DNA of 53,715 nucleotides from Diploschistes diacapsis. Its lineage: Eukaryota. The DNA lies in assembly GCA_023645945.1 (NCBI GenBank), contig JALAIB010000009.1:1-53715 (forward strand). Direction: 5' to 3'. The notes beneath the pieces are model-generated. The model was given only the letters and a program-made list of their open reading frames with translations, was not told where the DNA came from and made no database searches. The position numbers and the translations under genes are program-made. Positions 23,870 to 36,108 of the stretch are shown here, one piece after another; position 1 is the first letter of the stretch; every line of letters starts with the position of its first letter.

Positions 23870-23897
23870 TAGGCAGTAGGCAGTAGGCAGTAGGCAG
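23870..23897. repeat. (TAGGCAG)4 tandem repeat in the HAC1 5' leader
   Basis: Four perfect heptamers 30-57 nt upstream of the HAC1 ATG. Confidence 0.9.
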
Positions 23898-24070
23898 CAA
23901 GCGGTAGGCAAAAGTCGGGTAACAATAAATGGTCGCTTGCTGAGAAGGCAGGAGAAAGCTATCGCTCTTTGTGTTTTTTAGCTGCCTAATCGTGTGCGTA
24001 TACCCTTTCGACCTAAGAAGTGGAGCAAGGATTCAAAGGATGCCAGAGCAATAAGGAAGGGAGACGGAAA

Positions 24071-24082
24071 GGCCAGCGTGTC
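24071..24082. promoter_or_regulatory. UPRE-like element upstream of HAC1
   Basis: GGCCAGCGTGTC matches the yeast KAR2 UPRE core GGACAGCGTGTC at 11/12 positions, about 235 bp upstream of the HAC1 ATG. Confidence 0.55.
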
Positions 24083-24571
24083 CTCTTTTTTCAACTATAT
24101 TACATAAGTAATACGGGACACGGGACACGGGATACGAGATCCGAGATCCGACTGCTCGGGATGTTATCCACAAACGGTGTTTGATTGCGCACGTGTTTGT
24201 TGTGTTTTATGCAAAGAATGTGAGCAGTAATGAAAATAAATAATAATAATGATAATGATAATGCAGATGCATAAATCCATACAAGATGTCCTTAGTCTCT
24301 TCGAAGAGCAGAAAAAAAAAGAAAATAAAGTTGGAAACATGGAAAAATGGAGGGTCTTATATCAAGCCTCGAATCGGCTGACCTGCGGCATGGGGCCTTA
24401 ATATTTATTATTATTACATTCCTTGCTCGCCGTGCGCCGCACAGGTTTCTAAATCTGACTCCTGAAAGTGGTGGTCGAACTTTCTCAGGTAAAAGGAGAA
24501 AGATGTGCGAGGACTGCGAAAAGGGGGGGTGTGCGAGCATTGATGGATGATCCAAGGGGTTCTGGGCTGGG

Positions 24572-24607
<36 letters not shown>
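24572..24607. repeat. (CTA)12 microsatellite
   Basis: Twelve perfect copies. Confidence 0.95.
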
Positions 24608-25908
24608 TAGCTACTAAAAAGCACTAAAAGCTGAGCCTCCTGTGTACAATTTGTGCAGTGCTTGTACACCCCATGGATAAAACCACCTCCTTGATTTGTA
24701 CACCAGAATTATCGTTAAATTTCTCCAATGTTACATACCTGTTCCTCATCCGTTATCCTATCTCAACTCTCTGCTTGAGAAACATGAGCCATCCGGATGC
24801 GTCCATCGGTAACACGCACTTCCGCCGCTCTCGCTACACCCACTTAGTCCAGGCCCTTGTACGTACACAGGTATCAATTAACGGAGGTCGGGCGGTTTCA
24901 TCGGTTGAAACCATGTTCGTCGGGAAAGAAGATTGTCTTGTGTGTGGGCTGTCGGACGTTCTCAGATGGCCCCCCCATAGAGTTGGAGACGCGGATACTC
25001 CAGGTTTAGAGTCTACCTCGAGTGGATCGCGCGTACCTCGATTCATGGGAGAAATATGCATATTCCCATACTTTATGAAACTTTGGACCTGAGCACCTGC
25101 GCAGTATCTCGCGAAAAAGCTGTAACGATGCCCACAGGCGGTGGGCGCCTTATGCTCGCTTCTCTTGGCTGGTGTGGAAAAAACATCGTGCGGCCAGAAG
25201 GGGCTGACGTGAGTGGGTGTGAGGCTCGGTCTGTTCACAGCGATACCTCAGCTATCGACAAGATATTATTGGCAATTGGATGAAAAATCTGGCGGAAATG
25301 GCTACTACAGAGGCAGTATCTCCTTTGTCCCCAAAATATTAACTGTTCTCCCCGGAGTTCAAATGGCAAGTTCGTTGTTTTTTTCAAGTTTCAACATCAA
25401 TTCGTTCAACCACCATCCAATCTGTTGAAAACCACCGGTTTACGGATTAGTCGAGCACTCCGTATTAGTGAGACTCTCACCAAGCTCGTGAGCATATAGC
25501 GATGTTGTTGGATTACATTACACAAAGCGCAGGCCAAGAGAAGCTGACATCCCCTGACAAGCCGTCCACTGTAAGCTCGTCAAATCAGCTCTGCAGAAAC
25601 ACATTCCAAACTTTTCTGATCGGAGCCAATTGGTATCATTGTTCCAGCCGGTCCTGGCGAGCAGTCAATAGGATGAAGACGCACATGGCTCGAAAAGGGA
25701 AATAATTTGGTCGGCACAGGCTGGCCGCCACATTCAGCCCCCTTCAAGGCTGTACAGCTTGTACAGAATCTCGAGTTGTTTGAGTATGAAAATTTAGGCT
25801 GCCATTATATGCGCAGTAAACAGTCGGTGCGCTCCGATATTGTACAACTATGCTTTCCCTCTTTGTGCTCATCTTGTACAGCTTTGTGCGCCTGGAGATG
25901 CTCGACAG

Positions 25909-25909
<1 letters not shown>

Positions 25910-25933
<24 letters not shown>
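25910..25933. repeat. (GGT)8 microsatellite
   Basis: Eight perfect copies. Confidence 0.95.
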
Positions 25934-25939
<6 letters not shown>

Positions 25940-27515
25940 CGAGGAACAGGTCTGAAACCTTAGCCACGCCCAAAACCGCTCTCGAGACATCGCTTCTGTT
26001 GGCCGGCCATGCCGAACTTCGGTCCATCTACAGAAGAGTATATATACTACAGAGTACCAAGTTTCCGCGCACTCGCCAAACCCCACGTGCAAATTTGCCA
26101 TTTTCCTGGAGCAGGCCCCATCACGCAATTATGAATCATGTGGAATAACTGCCATTTGCATCTCCTCACCTCTTTCCGTTATCGAGCCTGGAGGCTGGAG
26201 CGACACCCTGCAGCTGATGCGACCCTATATTCATAGGGAGTTTTCTAGATCTGCAGCTCTTGTTTCGAACTTGTCCGGAGACGCACGTGCCTTCCTGCTA
26301 GCTAAGTTAAGTTACGGCGGCCGCGGCCCGCTGCGATACGGAAGGAGCTTTTGACTGCTCAAGTCATGCGAGTAAGACCATTACTGAGTGTTCTCCTAAT
26401 GGCCGTTGAATGTGTCTCTTGCATTGCATGAGGGAGAGGAGCGGTGGAAGCAAGTGCCGCAGGCCCTCGAAGCAAGTACAAGCGCCGCCTTGCAACGATC
26501 CTGGTGAAGAAGAGGCAAGCTTGTAGGCCTAGCATCTGAGAATGCATGTCCACCAACGTAGGATCAAGAGAAGGAGTGCTGGGCCATACACGAGGAATTG
26601 CGCAAGTAATTTCCAAAGTAGGCTTGCCACTGAATCGGCGTCCTGGGGGCAAGGGACAACTGCACCCCATCGAGCAAGGAGCTGCATCTGGCGATTCTAC
26701 TGTGGAACAGGGCCGGCTCAAGCATCCGGGTACCTCGTACGGGCACCACAAGTTGCGGCAATTAGACATTACTATTAAAGTTGTGAGAAATGCCTAATCG
26801 GAACTGCAGGAGACAAGCTGCCCCTTAGACGTTATCGATAGTTATGGCGTTTAAAGCTAGATTCGTATCTCCCACATAGATGCTCCCTGCTCGCATCGTC
26901 TCCTCGAGAGGTTCTGCCGCTTTGTTCATGGGGCTCTAATTGACTAATCCCGGAGATTTTGCCACCTCACAGTCGGAACAATGGGCTTGGCCTTCCTCAG
27001 CAGCATTCATCTTAAGTACGGGCAATGTTGCTGTACGGTGGTCTTCCTCAAGGGAATAAGCCCTGAAAATCTGAGGCGAGCTTGAGTAGCGAGTAACCCT
27101 CGGAGGTAGGATAAGAGGCATCAAGTCATGGAGGCTTGGAAGGCAGCTTCAATGTACGCAACTCCCGGATTGTCCAATGGTATCCCACATTGGACTCGTC
27201 TTGTCCTCATACCAGGCTTTCTCTATACATCTGAACTCGTGGCAGCAAGTATATCTATCCAATAGCGGTACTCTTAGCACAAGCAAGTGCGCTTAAAGTG
27301 ACTTTCAAGATTCTCGATGCTGAAAGCAGTTCGTAAGTATTGACGATTGACCCATCAATTTCATACCGTGTTTACCAGTCGCCCCGCAGATGCTATTTGC
27401 CTTACCGTATGCTGATGCAAGTTATGGTAAAGGTCAAATACTTCCATGCTATTACTATGAGCACTGGGACCACCAATTGGACCTGGAATAGCAATCAAGA
27501 ATGAACTTGAATCGT

Positions 27516-29000
27516 TCAGGTAAACTCCATCATCATGGTGTCATCGCCGCCATTGTGTACATCTTCCTGAACAGGCACTCCTCTACCTCTCCCAGCAAGC
27601 AGCTCCCTTCGGACCTCTGAGCTAATGTCTTTGTGTGACTGGACAAGCAGGAGATCCAGGAGGGCTTCTCGTTGGTCTTCACTTATATCCGACTTATACC
27701 GCTGAGCGAAGGCAAGGAGTGTCTGATGCCACAATACTGGAAGTTTTGTGTCCTTTGTGGATGCCTGAGCCTGATTGCTTGGCATACCACGGAATCGCAG
27801 AAAGTGAAAGACTAGGTGATCTATGACCTTGTATGGCAGCGCATAGTTCTTCTGGATCAGGGTCTTGAGGAAGATGTTTATCGCTCCACCACTCTCTGTC
27901 GAAGCGGAAGCCTGTTCAGCGGCAATGTCCGTAAGCCGCATTAAAGCAGCTGCTGAATGTAAGGGTGGAATTGAAGCTCGTGTAAGAACGCCAGAGATCA
28001 CGTGCGCTTCCCTCAGCGTGCAAGAGTCGGATTCAACCAAAGCGAAGAGAAACCCTTTGAAGAAAGCCTCTGGTTTGTACAGGCATCTCTGAAGAGCTTT
28101 GAATAGATGGACGTTGAGTCGTTTGCTTTCGTGTATTTCACTGCGACAGCGTTCTAACAGGACTGTCTCGATGAATTTCCGAACGACAGTCTTGCTCCCG
28201 CTGACGAAGATGCGAGTGGCTTCATAACAAGCATTAGCCGTCCAAGCCTCTGGTCGAGTGATAGCAAGAAGATCTTCCCACTGCGGTAGATTTGGCAGAA
28301 CTTTGAAGGGTCTAAGGGATGGAAATGTAAGTAATAGCCAGGAAATGAGGTGTACGGGCGTGACTTACTTCGGCAACTTGCCCGATTTGTACCTGGATAG
28401 TATAGTACCTACCTGCTGATATACTTCGACAACTTTAGCTGGGAGCTCTACCGCGTCGTCGGGAAGCCCGCCACCAATGATATCAGGTTGTCCAGACTGC
28501 TTAGCTTCGTGAGCTGCTATTTGGCGTAGGATTAGGTCTGCTAGGTTTGTTCCTTGTTGTTCGACTGCCTGAGGCTCAGCATTCAAATCTAGTGTCGGCT
28601 CTTCGCCTGCAGGCATGAACTTGTTGAACATATGCAGATCATTCGGGTCGACCTCGATTTCCTCAACAATCTCATCTTCGTCGCCCCACTCCTCTTCGTC
28701 ATCATAGTTTGTCTGATCTTCCTGACCGCTTTCGCCTCCATCAAATCTGGATTCAAAAGCGAACGCAGAGGTGTGTTGGGTTGCTTGCTTAGCTTTTCGC
28801 TCTTCTTCCTCTAGTTCTTGGCCAATCTTCAGAATCTTGCGGGAGGATTTCGAATCGACATAACCATCCCCATCCTCAGCATCATCTCTCTTGGCTTTTC
28901 TTTTCTTGGATGCTGTTCGTAAGGGCCCAGACGCTAGAATACTGTTTTCTAAAGGGGCTTCGTGCCGGTATCGCGCAGCACCTTTAACTGTAGAAGGCAT
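27516..29000 (-). CDS. ENP1: Bystin / Enp1, pre-40S ribosome biogenesis factor. Exons 29000-28369, 28311-27516
   Basis: GYVDSKSSRKILKIGQEL, ILSRYKSGKLPK/PFKVLP, CTLREAHVISGVL, NYALPYKVID and LPVLWHQTLLAFAQRYK. Confidence 0.96.
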
Positions 29001-29418
29001 CGTGAGTAGAAAAATAAAGCAAAAAACACCGTGACCAAGGGGAGATTGGATCTTAGGCGCAGAGCTTTACAACGGTTATTATTTATTATTTGCACACATT
29101 TTTTGTGCATCCAGAGCCGCTTATCGGCTTATCTCATATGCGGGGCCGAACTTAGCGTGGATGGGGGCTGTGGCTGGTGCGTGCTACCTGATCGGCGGCT
29201 GTGGCTGATTTGAAACCTCCAACAGCCATAGAAAGAACTTCACAACAACTCTAAACACTCTGGCAATTGAAACATCTGTGCTATGTAGATAGTCTGAGGT
29301 TATTTGTAATTTTCATTGCAGCTTTATCTCAACCTATCGATGTTCGTAATTATAAAGTTGTGCTTCGGTGCAGCAAAGCTGGTCTTCACATCATAGGCCA
29401 AAAACTTAATTCACAGAG

Positions 29419-31320
29419 ATGGCAGAAACATCACCGGCACCGAGAGGTCCGGCGCCGGGCTCGGTGATCCCCCAAAAGCGAGGACTCGGTCTGGAAGATG
29501 ATCAGCATGCGCCAGCAGTATCATCGCCCCTTAATCCCGATTTTGCCAATGCGCGCGCGCGCAAAGCGCCGCCAGCTAGGGAGCAACGAGAGAAAAAGGA
29601 GTCCCTGAAGAAACGGGAAGCGAAAGGTGTGGACAATGCACGCGGTGGTACGCCAGACACCCAAAGTCATGGACGAGGAACGAAAAAGAAAGGTCAAGAG
29701 GCTGCTACAAACTCGCAATCCCTCATCAGATACACTATCCCACTACCCAAACGGCACGACTTCGATCCACCCGGCCCACCTGTTTTGGTACCCAGCATGG
29801 TAAGAGCGGGGCGCCAGTTCTACGAGTCTCAAGAGCACGTCTACAACAGAAAAGGCTTCCGTTACACACACTGCATCGCCGACCCCGAGTTCCGCTTCAC
29901 CCAATACCATCGGCAATCCGAAACCGAACCCTTCACCGCGCGCTTCGACTACGAAGACTCCTCCTCCCACATACGCTTCGACAAAGCTGGGCGGGCTGTC
30001 ACAACGGAAAAGGGTTTCCGCATGGCACGCGCCAACGTGGGCATAAGAGAAGGCCGCTGGTACTGGGAATGCAAGGTTGTCCGCGGCGTCAAGAACCCCA
30101 ATAACCTCAGCCCCATGGACAGTGACACGGGTGGGCACGTACGCATGGGTATCAGTCGGCGGGAAGCCCCGCTCGAAACGCCCGTCGGCTTTGACGCCTA
30201 CAGCTACGGGGTTCGAGACCTTGCGGGCCAGAAGGTGCACCGGTCGCGCCCGCAGGACTTTTTTCCAACTAGTGAATCAATCTGCGAGGGTGATGTAATC
30301 GGCTTCGAACTCCAGTTGCCTTCTCTTGCCCTGCACCGAAAGGTAGTAGACGGGACGTACAACAAAGCCGTCGACGTCTCCGACGATGCAGACCCGCACG
30401 CTCTCGAGGCACCAAACATAATCCGCGACAGACTCCCCATCCGCTACAAGTCGCAGCTCTACTTCGAGCAATTCGAGTACACAGCCATCAAGGAAGTCGA
30501 AGAACTCACCTACCCCCCTTCATCCACCACCACCGCGCCCGCGGGCGCAGCAGGCCAAGCCCCGAACCCGAACCACCCACTCGCCGTGCTACGCACGCTC
30601 CCCAACTCGCGCATAAAAGTCTACAAGAACGGCGTCGACATGGGCACGCTCTACGACAACCTCCTCGCCTTCCTCCCGCCCGCCTCTAAGCCCGCTATCC
30701 AAAGCGGCGTCGTCGGCGCCCGGGAAGGTCTCGACGACGGTATGCTGGGCTACTACCCGTCTCTCAGCGTCTTCCAAGGCGGCTCAGCCGAGGCAAATTT
30801 CGGGCCGAGCTTCTGGTTCCCGCCACCCGAGCTCTCCCAATCAACAGGACCAGCAGCAACAGCGGCGGTGATAGGCGACGAGGACGTCGACATGGTCGGA
30901 GCCCATGGCACGAACGGCGCCGCGTCCTCATCCACAGCGACAGCGAGATCCACCGCCACCGCGGCCGCTAGAAGAGGTGTGACGACGCTGAATGATTGTA
31001 TGGCGGAGCTCAAGCGCCTGCGCCCCCTATCGGAGCGCTACGACGAGCAGATCGCAGAGGACGTGCTCTATGATTGCCTGGACGAGGTGGATCTGTGGAT
31101 GACGGATGGGGGGGACCTGGATGCTAGGCCGGGCGTGAGTAGTAGCGGGCCGCCGCTTGCGGGGCCGGTGGATCCGCAGGGGAGGCAAAGGGTGGCGGGG
31201 TCGGGAAAGGGGCTGGAAATGGCGATTGGGATGGATGTGAGGGATGGTATGTTAGGGGTGCAGCAGGCGGTGGTGGGGGGGAATGGGGAGTTGAATGAGA
31301 TTGTGCAGGATGAGGAGTAG
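29419..31320 (+). CDS. BRE2: COMPASS/Set1C subunit Bre2/Ash2 (cclA-like), SPRY domain
   Basis: YNRKGFRYTHC, KGFRMARANVGIREGRWYWECKV, GHVRMGISRREA..PVGFDAYSYG, DDGMLGYYPSLSVF..G.A.ANFGP and ERYDEQIAED. Confidence 0.93.
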   Translation: MAETSPAPRGPAPGSVIPQKRGLGLEDDQHAPAVSSPLNPDFANARARKAPPAREQREKKESLKKREAKGVDNARGGTPDTQSHGRGTKKKGQEAATNSQSLIRYTIPLPKRHDFDPPGPPVLVPSMVRAGRQFYESQEHVYNRKGFRYTHCIADPEFRFTQYHRQSETEPFTARFDYEDSSSHIRFDKAGRAVTTEKGFRMARANVGIREGRWYWECKVVRGVKNPNNLSPMDSDTGGHVRMGISRREAPLETPVGFDAYSYGVRDLAGQKVHRSRPQDFFPTSESICEGDVIGFELQLPSLALHRKVVDGTYNKAVDVSDDADPHALEAPNIIRDRLPIRYKSQLYFEQFEYTAIKEVEELTYPPSSTTTAPAGAAGQAPNPNHPLAVLRTLPNSRIKVYKNGVDMGTLYDNLLAFLPPASKPAIQSGVVGAREGLDDGMLGYYPSLSVFQGGSAEANFGPSFWFPPPELSQSTGPAATAAVIGDEDVDMVGAHGTNGAASSSTATARSTATAAARRGVTTLNDCMAELKRLRPLSERYDEQIAEDVLYDCLDEVDLWMTDGGDLDARPGVSSSGPPLAGPVDPQGRQRVAGSGKGLEMAIGMDVRDGMLGVQQAVVGGNGELNEIVQDEE

Positions 31321-32297
31321 CGTTTGAGTTTGAGGGAGACGGCGAGAGGCGAGTTGGTAAGCGGTCTTGCTGGTCCATTGAGGTGTTCTGAAGCTGAAGT
31401 GCTTCGGAGTAATTGCACATACCATGGATGAAGGAACGCTTCTGGAGCATTCTTCTTTTGCACCGATGTTGGGCTAATCCGCCAACGAGATAGTTGAGCC
31501 GAGTGTTATACTAGAACAAAACCTAGTGTTCAAGATGATAATGGAAATCTAGATTAACTCTCCATATGAAAGTGTTCCTTTACGAATGGCCTAAGGCTGG
31601 AAAGTGATTATTTACTACGTTCCGGCAGACTTCAAGTCTGGAGGTCTGACTGCCTCTGAGTGTCCGAAGAGTTGTTTGTTTTTGCTCTGACTATCACAAT
31701 GCGCTGGTTTTGAATTAAATCAGTAGGCTGATAACCGCTCAGGGGTAGAGAGAGGTATGGGAGAAAACTGTTATTTGGAATCACTTAATTGGATACGCAG
31801 AGGTTCACTTATAACTTCTTTTACAGGTGCTGAAAGGGGAAGCGAGCGATTAAGATCCCATTTGCAGAACGGTATCTTTTCTTGCGAGGTCAATTAAAGT
31901 CGATGCTGTACTTTGACGTACCGACTCTGCTTATGCTACTACGAGGCGCAAAACCAATATCGTTTAGAGCTAAGATCCGACTAAATGCCCCCTAGCAACG
32001 GCGAGACGATGTTGTTGAGTTTGATTGTTTGTCCTAGGACATCCATCCCAGAGCATTATATTTTCCTGTTATGTACAACTTCTTGTGGCCCTCTCAACTG
32101 ACACCCGATTTTGCGTGCCTCACGTGGCTAATGCGAGCAATACATTCACCATGGCTGGGCCGCTAATAAGCAGGATCTGCAGGTAGCCTTACCGAATCAC
32201 TTGAGGTCTTCTGAGTGGACCCTTCAGCGAGGTTGCCACACTGACAGTCTTATTCGATGCTCCACCGACTATAGCCATCTTGCAAGCTGCTGTTTGC

Positions 32298-34585
32298 ATG
32301 GCTGCCTCACAATCCAGGGTGTGGGCCCCGCACTCTGTGTACCGTTCCTCGAGAAAGAAAGCAGCCATGCCACCACCTGTGCCAGAGTCGAGTTCGGAGT
32401 CAGATACTATATATGTGAATGAAGTGCGAGGAGCTAGAGCGAGGGTTTACAGCAGAACACCAGAAGTACGCGTGATGGATAGCGGATTCGAAATGTTAGA
32501 AGCGACGCATACTCCGGAAGCAAGACAAAGAGGGCAGCGCTCTAATGCGAGGTCCAACCCCCTTAGCGGTGTCCTGAATAACGATGGAGAGGCACCTCAT
32601 CACCCTCACCCCCACCATAGGCGGAGGCGGAAAAAGCGAAGATCTACGGAAAGCGACGAGGACTTTGTATACGAACGTGTCCAAAGGAAGCCGAGGGCTG
32701 AAGCTTCTCCTTGGTCAGGAGAAAAGTTACTTCGTCCTGTTGCGACACAGCCCAGAACGAGCTCTGCACCTACACCTGAAAGAGTGCAGATTCTGCGAAC
32801 CTTAGGGCTCGAGACACCTAAGCGCTCGAAATCACATCGAACACGGAAATCAAGTTTAGATTATCTGGTAAGGACGGAGGTTGGAGGATCAGAATCGGTT
32901 AGCGAAAGACAACGGGGGAAAGATGTCGAATCTACAGTCGATCCAGAGCCCTCCCAAAATCGTCCGCGAAGGTCGGTCTCTTAGGATGTAGCAGTAATGC
33001 TATACTAACGTAGCTACAGAAGCCATTCCTTGCAGGAAACCTCGAGTAAAAACGCGTCTCGATCGAGCATAGGCCGAAGCCAAACCACCACCCGTCGAAC
33101 CAAGCCTTCATCTGTCCTTCCTGCTGTTGTCGAGGAGTCCAAGACCAGCCCTTCCAAGGGTGTGCAGCGATCTGCAAGTGTCTTTGGGTCAATATTCGGA
33201 CCCCCAAGACCCCCAGTGCTAGAGGAAAAGTAAGCCATTCAAGGGTCCGAACTATTCAATGCTAACAGTCTGGTTGATTTAGTGTTGAGTGTCTGACCTG
33301 TCTTGACGATGTGCCCATTTCTCGAGCTCCGCGATTGGCTTGTGGCCACCGAATGTGCCATGCGTGCCTGAAGAGAATATTCACCATGTCTATCACCGAT
33401 CCGGCACACATGCCCCCCAAGTGCTGCACGGAAGACTGTATACCGCTTAAATATGTCGACAAGCTCTTCGACACGAAATTCAAAGTGAAATGGAACAGAC
33501 GCTATCAAGAATACACCACAAAGAATCGCATCTACTGCCCAGCCAAAAAGTGCGGCACATGGATCCCTCCCAACGACATCAAGGTCGACACTACCGGCGG
33601 CGCCAATGGCGGACGGAAGTATGGCACTTGCCCTCGTTGCAAGACTCAGGTTTGTGCCACCTGCAACGGCAAGCGGCACAAATCTCGCGAATGCCCCAAG
33701 GATGAATCTACCACTCGCCTTGCCGAAATGGCCAAAGATAACGGCTGGCAGCGCTGCTACAACTGCTCCGCAACGATTGAGCTCAAGGAAGGCTGCAACC
33801 ATATGACCTGCCGCTGTACAGCCGAGTTTTGCATGATCTGTGGCTCCAAATGGAAGAGCTGCGACTGTCCCTGGTTCAATTATGCAACCGTCGAAGCCGA
33901 CAGGCTTGATCACATGAACATCCCGCAAGTTCGTGAGGCGGTGGCTAACGGTAATCCGGCCATCAACCAGCCCAGAGCTTACCAAGAGGAGCTTGAGCGC
34001 CGCCGTGAGCAGGAACAACGGGACGAGGAGCTAGCGCGCCGTATGCAGAGGCTCGACTTCGTGCTGAACAATCGTGCCAACCGACTTGGGACTTGGGGCG
34101 TCGGCACTGGCGCAGGTCATTTTCTGAACGACGACTTTGTCCAGCGCGCAACAGGTATCTTGACTGGTGCTTACAATCCCGAGCAGCGGACCGCAGCGGA
34201 CCGCTTGGTAGCAGAGAGCAGAAACCAGCAGCGCGTCAATGCCAGCGCTACAGGTATGGAAATTCCAGTACCCAATCCGCCTGTGGCCGTACTGAATCCA
34301 GCGCGTGATACTGCAGCGCAACCATCACCTCCTCCACTGCGGACAGATGTTCGACGCTCGGCTACGGTGCATAGGGCCGTTGCTCCGAGCCGACGCAGCG
34401 TACAGGACCTCGCACAGGAGGATCCATTCACAGACACTGCGGCGCGTGATGGAGCGCCAACGTCAGAAGCACAGCGGCGCTCGGCGGTGCTGGCGGGGCT
34501 CACAAGAGGCTCGACAAACGGGAGGGTCGATGCTTGGAGGCGGTATGTTAGCGGCAACGATGGTAGTGTCGAGGTGGTGTTCTGA
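32298..34585 (+). CDS. RBR (RING-IBR-RING) E3 ubiquitin ligase with disordered N-terminus. Exons ~32298-32971, 33020-33229, 33283-34585; start uncertain (32298 or 32367)
   Basis: RING1 ECLTCLDD...CGHRMCHAC...PPKCC, IBR YCPAKKCG...CPRCKTQVCATC, and RING2 QRCYNC...EGCNHMTCRCTAEFCMICG. Intron phases are consistent. Confidence 0.9.
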
Positions 34586-36108
34586 GTATTTTGTGGACTT
34601 GCTTTATGGCCTTTTGCATCTTGTATATGGAGCCTAAACTTTACAGACAGAGAAGCTCCTCATTCGATAGCGAAGATTGATCTTGTCTATAAGCTTTCCG
34701 AGTTCTGCCATATCCAATTCGCATTACATATACCTCAGCAGAAAATATTGAGCTATAAAAATAGATATCGAACAGACAGTCGCTGTTTGCAAGCACCACC
34801 ATCGCTCATAATCAGCGCCTATAAAAGATATCGACTTGATAGACCAACGCCCCCATATCTACAGCCTTCAACTCACCCTCTTCCCATCCCCTACCGTCCT
34901 CTGTGTCCAGAAAAATCTTTCCAAAAATCTCACCCAGCATCCTCCTTTCCACCCCACCGACCCAACCTGACAGAAAAGGAATTACCATACCTATGAATAA
35001 CACTAACCGTGATCTAGTATCTCCCATCAAGTGAACAGAACAGGGTTGAATTCTCCTTCCCCCTTTTGCTCTCCATTCCTCATCCTCCGAGCCCCCCCGA
35101 CAAACAATACCCGACCATCCGACGGCCAATACCATGTCCGCCTCTCCTTTTCCCTTTCCCTTCCTAACCCAATCCGCACCACCACCACCACCACCCCTTT
35201 TCTGCCTAATCACAGCTTGCTATTTGTAAGCGCATACACTATAAACCCTAATCCCCAATCACCCCACCAATCCCGGATATCCCTAAGCAATTTTTCCTCA
35301 TTACAGGCTATTTTCACGGGTATCCCGGCGCCAGAACATCGCTTAGAGTTAGATGGCGCGCTAGCCGGAACAGGCAAGTTTTTCGGTCTCCTGCGCAGAC
35401 CCCCCCCCCCCGGGGTTTTGGGTTCTTGGGGAAGGTTAACGTCCGTGGAGATAGGGTTTATTGTGTTTCCTATTTTTCTTTTTATTGGCCAGGTGCGCCA
35501 TGATTTTCATGGTATTGCCTTGGCATCTTATTGTGGAAGTGTGATTTGGGTGCGGTATGGTACTAATGTTGGTTACAAGGTGTGTGTGTGACAGCTATTA
35601 GTGTAATGCGGCCTGGAGCTGCCGCGTGTTAACGACTACAAACGGAGCTGGGAGTCCCATGGTTTAGGGGGACTCAGGGTAGAGTCAGAAGGACGCTTTG
35701 TTGCTGCCTGGGGCTACGGACGGAAAAGAAAAGATGTAGAGAGGTTTTGCCCTTGCTGGCTGGACGGGGGCGGAATGGGGCGAGATGGATGGATTAGTGT
35801 CGTTATAATTTTGGGTGATTTGGGGAGTAAGGGGGATGATTACGGTGTTTATATAAGGGAGCGAGGAGCTCCTATATTGCTCGGGGGTACAGAACAGACA
35901 GACAGGCAGCACGCCTCGCATGAAGTGCCTGTTATCTAACGCCGTACACAAAGCCCAGATACAGCACACGGAAGCCGGTTCTTCTCTGGCTTTCATCCAC
36001 GCTTGTTGAGCTCGGCGCTTTCCCTCCCCGCGTCGCGGCCAGTATCAACGTACCCCGACTTGTTCCTCCACGTCTCCCTCCCGTCCCATCACCTCTTTCG
36101 CCGCCAGC

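Noticed and set aside
26560..26610. EKECWAIHEELRK peptide resembling a retrotransposon Gag knuckle or RNase H fragment
   Set aside because: It is flanked by stops with no other retroelement motifs or LTRs, and is too short to support.
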